From: Eledone cirrhosa
Lineage: Eukaryota
Direction: 5' to 3'
Length of the DNA stretch: 64,000 nt
Assembly: GCA_964016885.1 (NCBI GenBank)
Contig: OZ024740.1
Coordinates: 262,446,001 to 262,510,000, forward strand
The translations under genes and the position numbers were made by a program. The notes below the pieces were generated by a model. It did no database searches. It was not told the origin of the DNA and was given only the letters and a program-made list of their open reading frames with translations. Position 1 is the first letter of the stretch. Each line of letters opens with the position of its first letter. Shown here one piece after another: positions 39,036 to 52,300 of this stretch.

Positions 39036-42000
39036 GCGCGGACATCTACACGGCTGAAGCCCTCAGGCAGCTCCGTAACCCCCTCTTCTACCGCCCTCTA
39101 CCCTCCGATCCCACACCCCTCTAACAACAACAAGTTTCCTCCACCATCCAACACCTTGTCTCCTCCTCCCTCCTCCCCCCACCGCTTCCCACCTCATCGT
39201 CCGCACCCCCCGCAACCCCACCATCTACTTCCTCCCCAAACTCCACAAATCCGACAACTCCGGCCGCCCCATCGTCTCCGCTTGCAACTGCCCCACCGAA
39301 CTCATCTCCGCCTTTCTCGACTCCATCCTCGCCCCCCTTGTCACCACCCTCCCCTCCCACATCTCCGACACCAACCACGCCCTGCGCCTTTTCGACTCCT
39401 TCACCTACCCACCCGGCCCACATCCCTTCCTCTTCACCCTAGACATCAAGTCCCTCTATACCGTCATCCCCCACGCCGACGGCCTACGCGCCCTCAAACA
39501 CTACCTCGACCTTCGCCCCTCCCCCATTCCCTCCACCACCACCCTCCTTTGCCTCGCCGAGATGGTCCTCACCCTCAATTGTTTCTCCTTCTCGGGTGAG
39601 TTTTACCAACAGGTCACGGGGGTAGCCATGGGTACAAGAATGGGCCCGAATTATGCCAACCTTTTTTGTTGGTCATGTTGAGGCCCAAATCTTTGCCCAG
39701 TACACCGGCCCCACGCCCGAACTGTACGGTCGTTACATCGACGATTGTATCGGAGCCACGACCCTCACCCGAGAACAGCTCCACTCCTTTCTCTCCTTCT
39801 TCTGCTCCTTCCACCCCTCCCTCCACTTCACCACCTCTATCTCCACCACCCACGTCCACTTCTTAGACATCTCCGTCGCCTTCGACCATCTTCCACCACT
39901 CTCTCGTCACCTCCGCCTTCTTCAAACCCACCGACTCCCACTCTTACCTCGACTTCACCTCTTCCCACCCCACACACACTAAACACTCCATTCCCTACTC
40001 CCAACTCCTCAGGATCCGCGCCTCTGTAGCCGAGATGCCGACTTCGAGTCCCAGGCCCTTTCCCTAGTCACCCATTTCATCCGCAGAGGTTACCCCACTC
40101 TCTCGTCCACACCGCTGTCACCCGCGCCCGTGCTGTCCACCGCTCCACCACCCTCACCCCACGCCACCGCACACCCACCGTATCCCCTTCCTCATCACCT
40201 ACCACCCCTCCACCTTACCCCTCCACCGCACCATCCCCCGCCTCTTCCGACCCCTCCACCTCCCACATCTTCCCAACCCCACCACTCCCCTCCTTCAAAC
40301 GCGCACGCAATCTCCGCACCCTCCTCGTCCACAGCTCCCTACCCCCCAACCCACGCTCTCTTCCCCCCCCCCCGGTTCCTTTCCCTGTTCTAGGCCCCGC
40401 TGCAACACCTGTCCCCACATCACCAACACCACCACCTTCCAGGGTCCAAACGGCCACTCTCTCTCTGTCCGGCATGCCTTCCGCTGCACCTCCTCCAACC
40501 GATTCTACGGACTTCGCTGCACGGAGTGCAGCGCGACTTACGTCGGACAGACGGGACGTCGCCTGGCGGACGGATTCACTGAGCACCTCCGAGATATTCG
40601 TCTCGGTAGTAGTTCCCCCATCGCCCGCCACTTTGGTGCCCCTGGACATTCCGCACGCCATCTCACAGTCTGTGGCCTACTCCAATGCCACGGAACACCC
40701 GCCAATCTCCTCAGAGTTGAACAAAGAACCATCTTCATCTTACAGACCCACACTCCCCCCGGCCTGAACTCCCCACCCTTATTCCTTTAGCCTTCTACCG
40801 CCCCCTCCCCCCACACATATCCCCCACTAACACCACTAACACACCCCTCCTTTTAACCGCCCACCCCACAACTAACAATACTAACACCTCCACTCCACCC
40901 CTCATCCGACCACCCTTCCCCAACTAACATACTAACATCCCTCCCTTCTTCTCTTCCCCCCCTCATTATCACACGTACACACCCACCGGCACATATATTC
41001 ACGCGCTCACACTAAACACACACCCTACTACCACCACTAACCCTCACCCCCACACATCCACCCCACCACCCCGCAACTAACATCACTAACACCCCCTGAC
41101 CCCAAGCACAGGAACACACGAACCCACTTACACCACCCACCCTACACGCAACTAACATCACTAACACCCCCCAACCCCACGCACACGTACACCCACACCC
41201 TCTTACACCACCAACTCTACACACCCTACCACCACTGACCCCCACACACACCCGCATTCAACCCTTTCTCCACCTCCCGTATACTAACACCCAATAACAC
41301 CGCCTTCATCAAACTACACACACACCAGTACACCACACTCCCTCCATCGACCCCCACACCCTTCTCTCCCCGCTCCACCCACTCCCTTTCTCAAACACTC
41401 ACTCATCCCACTAACACCTCTACTAATACAAACACATCACCTCATCACTGCAACTTTCACACCTACCCATCCTCGCCCCTTTACCATTCCACACTACTGC
41501 TGCTATGCCCTCTGAGCACCTCCCAGCACACACAGACACACAGCACTTCTACTGCCTTGACCACTTCCTGTTCCGCGCGCACCCCACATCTCCCCTCTTC
41601 CGACCAATCTCTTCACGGATTACTCGTATGTGGACCTTCACCGCGGAATCAACTACCATCCTAGGATTTTACTAACCATTCCACCACATCTTCTTACGGA
41701 ATCATCTTTTTGACTCAACCACACACACACACCCCCCAAAAAATGTTCCCACACGCCACCTACACCCACAACACGCTTAAACCCCACACACACGTGCGTT
41801 CCACCACATATGTACACATTCAGCCTCCGGATTCCTCTCCCCCCACCCCTCTCTCCACACACGCACACACACTCCGACCTACACCCCACCCTACACACCT
41901 CTTCCTGAACATGCAACCCCGTTCTTCCTCCAACCCTTGCTTTCACATACACACACACACGTACACCTACACACACACACGTACACCTACACACACACAC

Positions 42001-42352
42001 CACCTTCAGCCCTCCCCGCTCGGACACCCCGTCTCCCTCTCCCCACTCCACCCGCCAGCACCCCTACACGCCCCACACCCTTCCACCACCTGTTTTACCC
42101 CATTTTAATTTTATTTTGATCATGCTTTTATTTTTAATTTCATTCGCACCGTTTCCTCCCACCCCTTTTCGCTATATGTCTCTCCACCACTCCCCTACAC
42201 ACCCTATGAACTCTCTTGCCACACACTTTTCACCTGAAGAAGGGCTTATGCCCGAAACGTCGTTCCCCACCACCACCCCACTCTCAAGAGCGTGAAATTA
42301 ATAAACATTCGTTGTACTGCCTCTATGTTTTGTTCCTGTTCAAATTTTCCAT
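39036..42352 (+). mobile_element. C-rich PLE: frameshifted RT and GIY-YIG (39040-40790), long trailer and HHR
   Basis: IYFLPKLHK, GRPIVSAC, LDIKSLYT, GVAMGTRMGPNYA, RYIDDCIG, HFLDIS, KPTDSHSYL, CSRPRCNTC and RIYG(-like)..CTECSATYVGQTGRRLADGFTEH. Bounded by TA runs. Confidence 0.93.
42231..42264 (+). ncRNA. Minimal hammerhead of the C-rich PLE
   Basis: cac-CTGAAGA-a(gggc ttat gccc)-GAAACGTC-gtt. Palindromic ACGT helix III and GUC site. Stem I is short. Confidence 0.75.
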
Positions 42353-42529
42353 TATATATATATAAGGGAACAAATAATCAGTATTGCATCATATACATAT
42401 TTAATTACATATTACATATGTATAAATATTTCGTATCTCCAAAGAAATACGGTTTTAGGAAGCCGTAGCTATGCAAACACCGGGGGGCCAACGCCCTCTG
42501 GTGATGTCCAGCAGAAGCAAGGGGGACAA

Positions 42530-42571
42530 CCGTCTATGCATTTCAGGCTTAACTGGCCTTCGTCAGGACGG
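42530..42571 (-). ncRNA. Intact minimal type I hammerhead ribozyme
   Basis: Minus strand: ccgtc-CTGACGA-(aggc cagttaa gcct)-GAAATGCATA-gacgg. All three helices and the core are canonical. Confidence 0.9.
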
Positions 42572-42660
42572 TCCCTCCAACCACTTGCGACTGCTTTGGA
42601 GATACGAAATATTTATAAATATTGTATAAAGCTATGCTTGAAGCGAAATCCTATTTCTTT

Positions 42661-42729
42661 TATATTACATGTTTCACTGCCGATTAATGATCGATCATGA
42701 CTCTGGAATCGGAAGCTCCTCAGATGTGT
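42661..42729 (-). ncRNA. Type I hammerhead with 41-nt helix II
   Basis: Minus strand: acacat-CTGAGGA-[gcttccgatt...aatcggcagt]-GAAACATGTA-atat. The 3' strand of stem I is disrupted by the inner insertion. Confidence 0.7.
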
Positions 42730-42950
42730 GTTTACATGTAAGGATCGATCATTAATCCATCGCTCCACCAGCTGATCGGCAGTGAAACATATGTAGCATG
42801 TAACTAAATATGTATATGATGCAACACTGATTCTTTGTTCCCTTATATATTATTATTATTGATAATCTGCTCCCCACGAGCATCGAGTGCTTATCTCGGC
42901 ATACCACCTACGGACGCAATTAATTTGCACCTCTAATACCTATATATATC

Positions 42951-42991
<41 letters not shown>

Positions 42992-43457
42992 CTCCCTTTC
43001 AACTTTTACCCCACTTTCTTCCTCTCCCTTTCTCCCTCTCACTTTCACCACCTCGTCTGACCGTTTAGCAGTTCTCTTCTCACTTACAACTGCGGCCATC
43101 AGACGTGAGTCTTCTTTCTCTCCATTATTCGGGCTCGAACTTAGGTTCTTTTATCGAGTGGTCTTGGATTTCCTACCTATAGTTGCTCGCACATTGCTCA
43201 GTTTGGGGGGTTTTTTCGCCGTTTTCTTATTGTTTCTCCTTTCTTCCCCTTTGCTTTCCTTCCCTCTTTCCTTCTTTTCCCAATAACTTATCCAGTTATT
43301 GAAACCCTTGGGTGAAGTGGTATCTTGTCTTTAAAGCGTAGAAATATCCTAGACAACTGATGAGGAACCCCCACCCCCACCTCTGTTCTTGTTTTCTTCG
43401 TATTCCCACTGCATTTTAAGTTACCTTAAATAGCAACTACAGAGACATTTCTATTCT

Positions 43458-43530
<73 letters not shown>

Positions 43531-43550
43531 GCGATATATATGTGTGTGCA

Positions 43551-43588
<38 letters not shown>

Positions 43589-43909
43589 GGCATATATATA
43601 TATATATACATACACACGAAGTTCATACTCTACTACATTGGGCAAAATGACCCAGAACAAGATTGGTCTTGCTACGATGTGGTTGTAAAACGTTCTCCTT
43701 AATCACCGATCCATGCACGTACCGATGTTGTATAACTGCTTCTAGCCAAAGATATAGTATATAGCAGAGGTTCTCAAACATTTTGAGCCATGCCTATCCT
43801 CTCATCACCACGTAATACACTCAACGCCCCCACCCCTATTTCCAGAGAGACCTGTCTACACGCAAATTATAAATGATATATAATAAACAAAATCGTTAGT
43901 TTATATATA

Positions 43910-44120
43910 ATGGTTCCTTATATAGGTACAAGGCCAGCAATTTTGGAGGAGGGGAAAGTCGATAAAATCGTCCCCAGTGCGTAATTGTTACTTTATTTTA
44001 TTGACCTCGTAAGGATGAAAGACAAAACTAATCTCAATGAGATATATATACATATACATACACTCAGAAGGTAAAGGGACGTAACTATATGCTTCAAAGT
44101 ATATTTCCGATGCTCGACCG
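43910..44120 (-). mobile_element. SINE family A
   Basis: Reverse-complement core ACTTTATTTTATTGACCTCGTAAGGATGAAAG. Confidence 0.8.
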
Positions 44121-45280
44121 CAAGATGTTAAATAATTAAAAATATATAGTAGACTTAAGGTTTGTATGATAAAAATCAGGGTTTATTTTAATTAAATTTT
44201 ACAGTAGCACAAATTTTGAAAATAAACAGTAAGAGACGCATGGGCATACACCAAATAAGACGTTTGGTTAACGTCCAAATGGCTTGGCTGGTCTCGGTTG
44301 GGGATCCAGCTGTGTCAATTGGTGACAGCAGCTTCTGTCAGGACCCTCTGAAAGGCGTTTTTGATAGCTCTGCCCCCTTGATCCTTCCCGAAATAATTGG
44401 TAAGAAGTATATGTGAAGAAGAAAACAGATAGGGTCATCTACACATTGGAATAATGTCTGGTTTAAATAGAACCGTAAATGTAGGTAAACTTATGGTATG
44501 TCAGTTTACGAATAAAGATAAAGGTAACATACATTTACCTTTTTGATACAACAGTTATACATACATACAAATAAATACACGCCCGTACATACATATAACA
44601 CATATATCTGCACACATACACAAACACATACATCTATAAATATAGTTCACAACTCCAGCCAAACCCGATACAATCTATCTCCTCCCCTCATCCATTCTAC
44701 TGAAATTCACAAACAGATCCTTCACTAAACAATATAACCAACCCTTCGTTTGATTAAATCCCCCTGCATAATATGCACTCTGCATTTTTCTGACATATAT
44801 AACCATGTAGCGATCACTAGCAAACAATTCTGTAAGGGACTAGGAATGTTGTAAGAAAGGATCACAAATATATATAAAGAAATACGCTCCGTATGCAAAT
44901 GAGCATTATCAGCTTATATACATTAGTGAGAAATCTATAATTGTCTAACTTATTTTTTATCTTAGCAGAAGCTAGGTCGTTACGTAACCTTGACCACTGC
45001 CAAGAAACAACGTTCCTGGTTACATACCCTTGCTTTTGCTGAGACAAAGATGTGTGACGATGGTCACAACCTTAAAAATTAACAGGAAAAAGCTTTCAAA
45101 GGTTTTTCATAAACAGCTCAGCTCGCATATTACAACACGTATATATATGTGTATAACGCTATGCTAGAGCTCCAATACTAATTTGTTTTAAAATTTTACA
45201 TTATTTTCTTTAAATGTATATATTTCATATATGAAATGAACACTATATAACGTTCATATTTTTATTTCCTTATTAATCAT

Positions 45281-45472
45281 GGGCGGTGGATTGCAGTATC
45301 GGTAGAGGACGGAGGCCATGCTTTGACGCATAGAGTTACGGCCCTTGCTATTCTGAGTTCAAATCCCGCCGAGGTTAACTTTGCCTTTCATTCTTACGGG
45401 GTCGATAAAATAAAGCACCAATAATGCACTGGGATAATTGCTGGACTTGTGCCAAAAGTAGACAATTATTAA
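45281..45472 (+). mobile_element. SINE family A
   Basis: Full-length match to the other copies. Confidence 0.9.
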
Positions 45473-46599
45473 TCAATGAAACTATAACTTCTCTGTCTCG
45501 CTCTCTTCTCCCCGATTCTTCATTTTGTGCCTCACCTCCCCTCATTCTCTTTTCTCTATCTATTTCTTCCAGTCACCAACACGTAACACTTTCCTCTTTC
45601 TATCTCACGCTTGCTCCAATAGCTCTTCCCTAGTCAATCTCTCCCACTTCATGTCTATCTATTTCACTCTGAATTCTCTATTGTGAACACAGGTTTTATT
45701 TATTTCGGTTTCAAAATGATTATTATATTATTGGTTCATTACTGCTAATTGTTGTTAAGAATGGAATATTAAAATGCTAAGAAACTTTACAGATTTGATA
45801 TTCCTATCAAAGCTATAGAAAGCCTTACACTACTTAGATGTATTTTAATACATATCCATAATACACATATACTTATAGACATTTTGATTTTTTCTTAGTT
45901 ATATTCTTTATCGCTCTCTCTACCACTCTTACCACTTCTATCTACCTATTTTATTAGACACATGTATAAAACTTACGCATATATATATTGAAGGAACACA
46001 TACTCACACACATACGCACGCATTTCGTCTAATTTGTTTAATCAAATTTCATTGTTAGTGACGAGTATAAGAAACGTAATAATCATTCTAATAAGTAGAC
46101 TCTATGAAGATATTTATAATCAAAACATTAAAAATACATAAATATGTTAAAAGGTAATGTGCACTAAAACATTCTTGATTGAAATTCCTTAGTTGGAAAA
46201 AGGAAAGTATATAGCGGGATATATTTAACAACTCTTAAAAGGAGGCAATGATTTCTAATTATTATGGTCTAATCCTTAATCTAATCCATGTTGTAAGAGT
46301 TACTTGGCTCGATTTAAATGACTTTCCACTTCCCCAAAATGATTGGCCTTGTTCCTAAATCAGAAAGTATTTTCAATCTCATCTTTAGGGGGTGACAATT
46401 ACCAAATAGTCTACTTCTTAATTTAATCCATGTTGTAAGACTTACTTGGTATATGGAATGAGCAGGGAGACTGATACAAAATCCTCTGGATGTAAATCAG
46501 CAAAATGTACGAAGCCAGTCGAATGATTATCTGAACAAAGACTGAGAAAACAATCCACCTACATTATGGAGTGCAGTGCTTATCCCAATTGCCAATTGG

Positions 46600-46830
46600 G
46601 ATTAGCACAGGATCCTTTGTGCCTTCACAGATTTAGCCTAATGATCATTTCCTTGTTCAAAGCACGTCTAGAATGCCTCTTCTGGAATGGTTCCCAGCTC
46701 TGATGTCATCCGCACGATGTTTTCTCGGCTCTCAAAGCGGAAACCTTTCGGTTGTATATTCATTTTTGGGGAACAACAAGAAGCCAGAAGGAGCAATGAC
46801 AGAGAAATAGAGAACCATTCGAATAAGTGA
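46600..46830 (-). mobile_element. mariner transposase C-terminal remnant
   Basis: Frameshifted SFWL../PKMNIQPKGFRFESRENIVRMTSELGTIPEEAF*TCFEQ..AKSVKAQ resembles the mariner segment after the YSPDLAP motif. Confidence 0.6.
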
Positions 46831-47146
46831 AATGCATTTCTTTGTAACAAAAACAAAAAAACAAAACAAAAAAAAACAAAAAAAAAACATTAGATCAGCT
46901 GGGACGAATGAATCGTTAGTGATATAAGAAAAGTAACGTTAGCCATGCTAAATCGCTTATCTTCTATGAACGAATTAGAATACTTATCGTAACATAAATA
47001 TGACGCAAAGGTGGCAAGATAACATTTCTCAAACTGAACTAAAACAAAGAAGTATAAGTCAATATAGCTTAAATATAATATAATTCTCCGGCTCATTAAA
47101 GTCTTATTCGGAGATAAACATGTTTAGATTTCTAAAGATAAAGTTA

Positions 47147-47437
47147 GTAATGGTTTCTGATTTAGGCCAACATTTTTGGGGGAGTGGAATATCTATTAAA
47201 TCGACCCAAGTATGTTACTGGTACTTTATTTTATCTATCCCGTAAGGAGGAAAGACAAAGAAAGACAAATCTAACGTCGGGATTTGAACTCAAATCACTA
47301 TTAACAATGGTTTCTGATTTAGGCATGAGGCCAACATTTTGAGGGGAGTGGAAAGACGTTTAAAACGAACCAAGTGCGTAACTGGTGGTGCTTTATTTTA
47401 TCGACGCCGTAAGGATGAAAGGCAAAGTTAACCTCGA
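47147..47437 (-). mobile_element. Two tandem truncated SINE family A copies
   Basis: The unit AATGGTTTCTGATTTAGGC...CGTAAGGATGAAAGGCAAAG is repeated. Confidence 0.8.
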
Positions 47438-47881
47438 TAGAAAAATAATCATGAACTAGGAAATATATTCGTAATCAGAACTCAAAATAGCAGACAAAAT
47501 TATGAGACGTACGTGGTTGTGAGTGTCTAAATGGTTGAGTGTGTGCGTGTGTAATCATAGAGCTAAAAATATTATCTATATATATATAACACTGAGGATG
47601 TCTGTATGTGTGTGTGTGGGAGTTTGAATCCCTAAAACTCGAGAAGCACCCAACCGACTGTTTTCAAACTTTACACGTGTAATACTTATGTTTCAGCGAG
47701 TGTTCTGAAGGAAAAGAATTTCAAATGTTCAATGCCCGAGGGACCGCATTAGGCGATTTAGTGATCTCTCTCTATAATTCTTAGTCTTTCTCTTTTTAGA
47801 TAGATACATATAACCTCATGCCTTTATAATATCTGTCTGTATGTCTGGCTGTCTGCATTACGTCACTTCCCTGAGGATGTC

Positions 47882-47935
<54 letters not shown>

Positions 47936-48537
47936 TGTGAATTTGAATCCCTAAAACTCGAGAAGTACCCAGCCGACTTTTTTCACACTTTACATGTGTA
48001 TTACTTATGTTTCGGTGAGTGTTATGCACATACAAAAATTCAACTTTTTGATCCCCTAGTTCAGGTTCTTAGGTGTTTTTTGACGCGTTACGTCAGACTG
48101 ATTTCTTTGAAATTGTAACTATGTGTTAGTCAGTCACTTCTTCATACCGTGGGCAAAGAAAATTTAACTTTTTTATGGCCTAGGGCCCGCATTAGGTGAA
48201 AGACTTCATTTTTTCAGCTTTTTTAGGGCTTTTTATGGCGTTACGTCTAGCCGATTTTCCCAAAATTTTAAGGCATATTATGCACATAAAAAAATTCATT
48301 TTCTTGATCCCCTAGGGCCCGCATTAGGTGAAAACCTGCATTTTTCCTGCTTCATCGAGGAAAATCTTAAAGATTAACCACCCATCAGAGTTTTCGGTCT
48401 ACGTTCCCAACGTGCAAAGGTGACTTGCAACTGGACTAAATCTACAAACACGTGGTTCCGAAGCGAGATCATTAACCAAACGGTCATATATATACGAAAA
48501 GAAACTAATTCATAATAATGTGTGACATATATATTTA

Positions 48538-48760
48538 ATAATGGTTTCTGGGTTAGGCACAAGACCAACACATTTTGGAGAAGGAGAGAGTCAATTAAAT
48601 CAATATCAGCACGTTACTGGTATTTTATTTTATCGACCCATTAAGGATAAAATGCAAAGCTAACTTCGGTGGGATTTGAACTCAGAACGTAAAGGACCGT
48701 ATCTAAATGCCACAATGCTTTTGTCCGATGTTCAAACAATTTTTCAAAACCACCGTCCTA
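48538..48760 (-). mobile_element. SINE family A inside the Helitron
   Basis: Reverse-complement core plus GGATTTGAACTCAG B-box. Confidence 0.8.
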
Positions 48761-49399
48761 CGTATATCATTAATAATAAAATCGGTTTCGCATCCGTTCA
48801 TCAGTCCACTTCCGATTAGTGAGCGCAGACGCATTCAATTCTTGTTCGACGTCGATTAAAAAACAAATTCAGTGCAATTTTTAACATGCCCTAAGAATGA
48901 TTTGAATGTAAATAATATATACAATAACAACGATAATAATTCAAATGTAAATAAAGGTGTACTTAAATTTGTGTATATATAGGAATATGTAATTTTAAGT
49001 ATATACTCATTCTCCAGCGAAGATTATAGAGTTTATTTTTATACAGACAAACATTTTATAAAATGGGCATACACACTCATTTTATAAAATACATTTTTAG
49101 AATTTGTTGTTAAAATAAATTTTTAGAATTTGTTTTTGATATTCATAAAATGTTAATTTTTTTTCACACACTACAACAGATAATGTCAGTCTTGCAAACA
49201 CGTTGAGTGAACACATCTCCCACTCTCTCCGTTCTCTGTCTAATGATGTGGGCTTAGTAATGGTTGGTACTGAATTTCCACGATGAAACATAATTTGTAC
49301 TTATAAAGATAATACTGTAAAGAAAATCGATGCATTACAGAGATCCTTTGATACATAACAATATCCTTTGATTCATTAGAGGGCAAATGATGGCTATTC

Positions 49400-52300
49400 G
49401 TTGGATTTACCTTTATACAACCCAAATACGAATCAAACAGTCCCAAATAAAAAAGTCACATGCTAGCAGTATTATCTATTCTATTAACAAGAAAGAAGCA
49501 GTTGAAATCAAATTCTAAACTGTAAACGATTGTTTAAAATGTATTTAGTTGATATGTATACCAAAATTGAATGTGAACGATTATTGCATATTAAACAGCA
49601 CCAAACCAAGCTCAGGGTCGAAAGATATTCGCTTTTTAAAACATTCGTTAAATAGTGTAGTATTACTCAATGCACAAGAATTAGGTAGGGCTGTAGTTTT
49701 ACCTTCTATGCTTGTTGGAATTTCAAGATATTGGAAAGAAAGAACGCAAAATGCAATGTGTTATGTGATAGAATGTGGTAGGCCAGATTTATTTATAATA
49801 TTCACTTGCAGTCTGAAATGGGACACAATCAAAGATAACATATACAAAGGGCAAAAACCCGAAGATAAGTATGACATAATTGCCAGAGTTTTCAAACAAA
49901 TCTTGAATAAAAGGATGAAAATATTGGTTGAAAAGGGAGGTGGAGTATTTGGAAAAACAAAACCCTACATATATACAGTAGAATGGCAGAAAGGAGGCTT
50001 ACCACATGCTCATATCTTACTTTGGTTAGAGCAAACAAGTCATCCAAATCAATTAGATTCAGTAATCTCTGCAGAAATTCCCGATCCAATTAATAATCCT
50101 GTTAGTATGACAATGTCACTAGACAAATGGTATATGGTCCATGTGGTTTATTAAATCAGCAATGTCCATGTATCTATAATGGAAAATGTGAAAAGAATTA
50201 CCCGAAATATTTCATTAATGAAACCAGGACAAATATTACAGGATATCCATTATACAAACGTAGAAATTCAGAAGATGGAAGAAGAGCAGCAACAATAACA
50301 ACAAACTAAAAAACGTATACAATTCACAATAGGTGGATTGTACCTTATAGTCCATTACATTTGAAAGTATTTAAAGGCTTTATTAATGTTGAAATTTGCT
50401 ACTCTGTTCAATCCATTATATATATGATAAAGTACATCAATAAAGGTAGCGATGCTGCTGTACTAAGGATAATGAATAATGCCCAATATAACGAAGTCAA
50501 TAACTTTGTAGCGGGATGTTATCTCAATAGTAATGAGACTGCTTAAAAAATCTTTGAATTTAATATTCACATGCGATACCCAGCTGTTCAACAATTGGAT
50601 ATATATTTAGAAAATGTCCAATGAGTGTACTTTACCAGTAATAATATTGAACAAAGTGTTAGAAATCCCCAAAATACTACTTTAATTTCATTCTTCAAAT
50701 TGAACGAAAATGGTGAATAAGTAAGAACGTTTTTATATGAGGAAATTCCATCTCAGTATAATCTTACTTCGAATAAAACATAGAAAAAAAGATTGAATGG
50801 TATGTTTGTGCAAACATGTTCTAGAAGTAACACTGTACTACCCATCCAAACAGAATGCTATTGTCTGAGATTATTGCTGAACATAGTTAAAGGTCCAAAA
50901 TCTTTCACAGACGTAAAAACAAATGAGGGTATTGTTTAGAGAAGCATGTCTGATAAGGGGATTGTTTGAGATGACAATCATCTAAAACTAACAATTAGAG
51001 AAGCTTTTTCACAAAATTGCCATGCCAAGTTAGATACTTATTTGCAATAATTCTAATTCATTGTAATCATTCTGATCCAGTAGCATTATATGAAGAATTT
51101 AAACAACCAATGTCAGCTGATATTCCACATCGGTTAACCAACAATTAACAAGAAAACATAAATGATAAAGAAATATTGTAGGGAACTTTTACAGTGAACT
51201 TTTACACAAACTTAAAGTTCTTTTATATGAAATAGGACAAACGATTTTGATTGAAATAGGACTAACTGAATCAACTTATGAAGAATTATGTATATCCAAA
51301 TGTTGAAACAGTAACTGAACACTTAGAAATAAGAAACTTTGTAGATGTGAATGAACCATTGTAGAATGAAGAACAAGGACTTATTTACACTACAATCAAT
51401 GATTTAATAACCAATAGAAATGAACAAACATTATACTTTTTAGAGGCTCCAGGTGGAACTGGAAAACATTCTCAATCAATCCTTTACTGGCAAACAATAA
51501 AATGAATAGTATAGTAGTTGCTTCTTCAGGAATATAAGCAACTTTAATAGATAATATAAGTACATTAAACGTATAAATTACCATTTTCACCATTAATATT
51601 TGATGAATTTACAATATCAATTAGAAAAAAAAAATCAAATTTGGATAACTTTAGAAAATTGTAATTTTCTAAAGGGATGAAGTTACAATGTCACACAAAA
51701 AAGATTTTAGAGGCTGTTGATATAACATTGAAAGAGCTTAAACAGAATAATTTACCTTTTGGTGATATTAATGTTTTACTAGCTGGTGAATTTAAATCAA
51801 ACACTTCCAAGAGGTAAAAAAAATGATGAAATAGATGCATCTATAAAGGCATCTCATTTATGGTCATTATTCCACAAATTTTCATTAAGAATTAATGAGA
51901 GTGCATAATTTAAGAAATAATGACTTACAGGACTTGGCAAATAAACTATTAGAAATAGGAGAAAAAGGGATCCCAAGTGATGACAATCACATGATATTAT
52001 TACCAGCGGTGAATTGGCAGTATCGGTAGAGGGACGGACGCCATGCTTTGACACATAGAGTTACGGTCCTTGCGATTCTGAGTTCAAATCCCGCCAAGGT
52101 TAACTTTGCCTTTCATCCTTACGGGGTCGATAAAATAAAGTACCAGTAATGTACTGGGTAATTGCTGGCCTTGTGCCAATAGTAGAAACAATTATTACTA
52201 GTGGGAAATAGAGTTGAGAATGAAATTGATTTAGGAGCATTTATTTTTGAGGATATTGTAATTAAAACAGAATGGATGTCAGAAAGAATAATTTCAACTG

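Larger units (their letters stand above)
42358..42945. mobile_element. Nested fold-back cassettes
   Basis: Outer arms 42358-42420 (continuing at 42662-42696) and ~42743-42850. The inner insert ~42418-42661 is flanked by ATATTACAT duplicates and has its own inverted repeat 42421-42444/42594-42617. Confidence 0.8.

Noticed and set aside
47590-47880. CTGAGGA motifs at Helitron 5' ends (also 62859-62865, minus) as hammerheads
   Set aside because: No matching GAAA/NUH half or paired stems.
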